Positions 63,163 through 64,000 of a DNA stretch of 64,000 nucleotides are shown here, one piece after another. Numbering within the stretch: the first letter of the stretch is position 1; each line of letters starts with the position of its first letter. The translations under genes and the position numbers were made by a program. The notes under the pieces were generated by a model, which saw only the letters and a list, made by a program, of their open reading frames with translations, was not told the origin of the DNA and did not search any database. This DNA is from an uncultured Christensenella sp. (GTDB lineage Bacteria; Bacillota; Clostridia; Christensenellales; UBA1242): the NCBI GenBank assembly GCA_949841595.1, contig CATKZB010000002.1, positions 64,295-128,294 of the forward strand, written 5' to 3'.

Positions 63163-63537
63163 ATGAACTTTTTGAATTCAATGTTAAACTTTGGTTGGGG
63201 TTCAGTTATTGATCAACTTCAAGGAACTGGATTTGAATCTTGGTTGCCAACATTATTAAGCACATTAAGTACAGTTCTTTGGGTGTTGTTGGCACTTGTT
63301 GGTGCTGCAGGTGGTATTTATGCACTTTACATCGGAATCAAAATGGCAAGAGCTGAATCTGCTGAACAAAGAGACGAAAACAAAAAACGTTTAATCAATA
63401 TTGTTGTTTCAATCGTTGTCGTTATCGTTTTGATCTTGTTCTTCAACTTGTTCTTACCTGAAATTTTAAATGCATTCGGTGTGTTTAAAGATCATACAAC
63501 TGAAAAATCAGTCGTTAATTTGCTCCTTCATATGTAA
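63163..63537 (+). CDS. 124-aa two-TM protein with VirB2/TrbC-pilin-like topology
   Basis: GGAGG SD, ATG 63163. TM1 (LSTVLWVLLALVGAAGGIYALYIGI), charged loop KMARAESAEQRDENKKR, TM2 (LINIVVSIVVVIVLILFF). Confidence 0.5.
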   Translation: MNFLNSMLNFGWGSVIDQLQGTGFESWLPTLLSTLSTVLWVLLALVGAAGGIYALYIGIKMARAESAEQRDENKKRLINIVVSIVVVIVLILFFNLFLPEILNAFGVFKDHTTEKSVVNLLLHM

Positions 63538-63546
63538 TATAAAAAC

Positions 63547-63576
63547 AAAAGGCATCTATCAAAAGATGTCTTTTTT
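63547..63576 (+). terminator. terminator of the 2-TM gene
   Basis: GGCATCT - 6 nt - AGATGTC (one G-U pair) followed by T6. Confidence 0.55.
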
Positions 63577-63591
63577 GTTGACTTTAAAGAA

Positions 63592-63615
63592 AAAACATCT
63601 CATGTGAGATGTTTT
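63592..63615 (-). terminator. prfA terminator
   Basis: AAAACATCTCA - tg - TGAGATGTTTT, directly after the prfA stop (63618-63620). Confidence 0.6.
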
Positions 63616-63617
63616 AT

Positions 63618-64000
63618 TTAAGCATTAGCAAGCATTTCGGTGCGCTCTTTGATTATCATAGCATCAATAAATTGATCCAAGTCACCATTCAAAACACTTT
63701 CCAAATCATAAGAAGAAAGATTTGTTCTGTGATCTGTCACCCTGCCTTGTGGATAATTGTAAGTTCTTATTCTTTCATTTCTATTTCCACGGCCGACTTG
63801 GCTCTTTCTGTCTTCACGATATTCTTTATCTCTCTGCTCTTGATAATAATCATAGAGTTTTGCTTTCAAAATGTTCATTGCTTTTTCTTTGTTTTTAAGT
63901 TGAGAACGTTCGTCTTGACATGTCACCACAATATTTAGTGGAAGATATGTAATTCGAATTGCTGTTTCAACCTTGTTGACATTTTGTCCACCAGCACCAC
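63618..64000 (-). CDS. prfA: peptide chain release factor 1, C-terminal part (gene continues past the window end)
   Basis: The frame is open to nt 64000: [33 protein letters not shown] (GGQ motif) and [16 protein letters not shown] (RF1-type). Confidence 0.9.
   Translation of the reverse strand, partial: GAGGQNVNKVETAIRITYLPLNIVVTCQDERSQLKNKEKAMNILKAKLYDYYQEQRDKEYREDRKSQVGRGNRNERIRTYNYPQGRVTDHRTNLSSYDLESVLNGDLDQFIDAMIIKERTEMLANA

Overview
AT-rich segment (roughly 30-33% GC by eye) using the standard genetic code (TGA is a stop). It looks like the chromosome of a spore-forming Firmicute of Clostridia type. Recognisable genes are uvrB and uvrA, a glmU-like/pth/mfd/prsA-like run in Bacillus/Clostridium order, spoIIID, a SpoIIQ-like M23 peptidase, a SpoVB/MurJ flippase, DUF421+DUF4363, recD2, cysS, comFC, tRNA-Glu, rubrerythrin, HU, lepB, queH and prfA. 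I saw no transposase, integrase, CRISPR array, reverse transcriptase or recognisable defence gene. The dominant feature is one uninterrupted 19,542-nt ORF (5532..25073, minus strand). It encodes a 6,513-aa lipoprotein built from repeated GLUG-type beta-helix modules. Upstream of it lies a ~350-bp almost pure A/T control region, where a near-consensus promoter is split by one arm of a perfect 11-bp inverted-repeat pair (candidate invertible or structured switch). A radC-like JAB gene follows it, and that gene's SD contains the giant ORF's stop codon. Other items worth a second look: (1) a C8 tract inside the spacer of a consensus extended -10 promoter (48541-48548); (2) a 121-nt, ~47% GC multi-hairpin island abutting the vanW-like stop (42536-42656); (3) two apparently dead enzymes, a GlmU-like protein and an ABC exporter with every NBD motif broken; (4) four leaderless-type promoter/ATG arrangements; (5) a divergent pair of membrane-anchored wHTH paralogs; (6) three small ORFs below the ORF-track cutoff (54-aa LysM, 35 aa, 58-aa Cys-tailed peptide). 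All functional calls come from motif recognition by eye. No database search or folding program was run.
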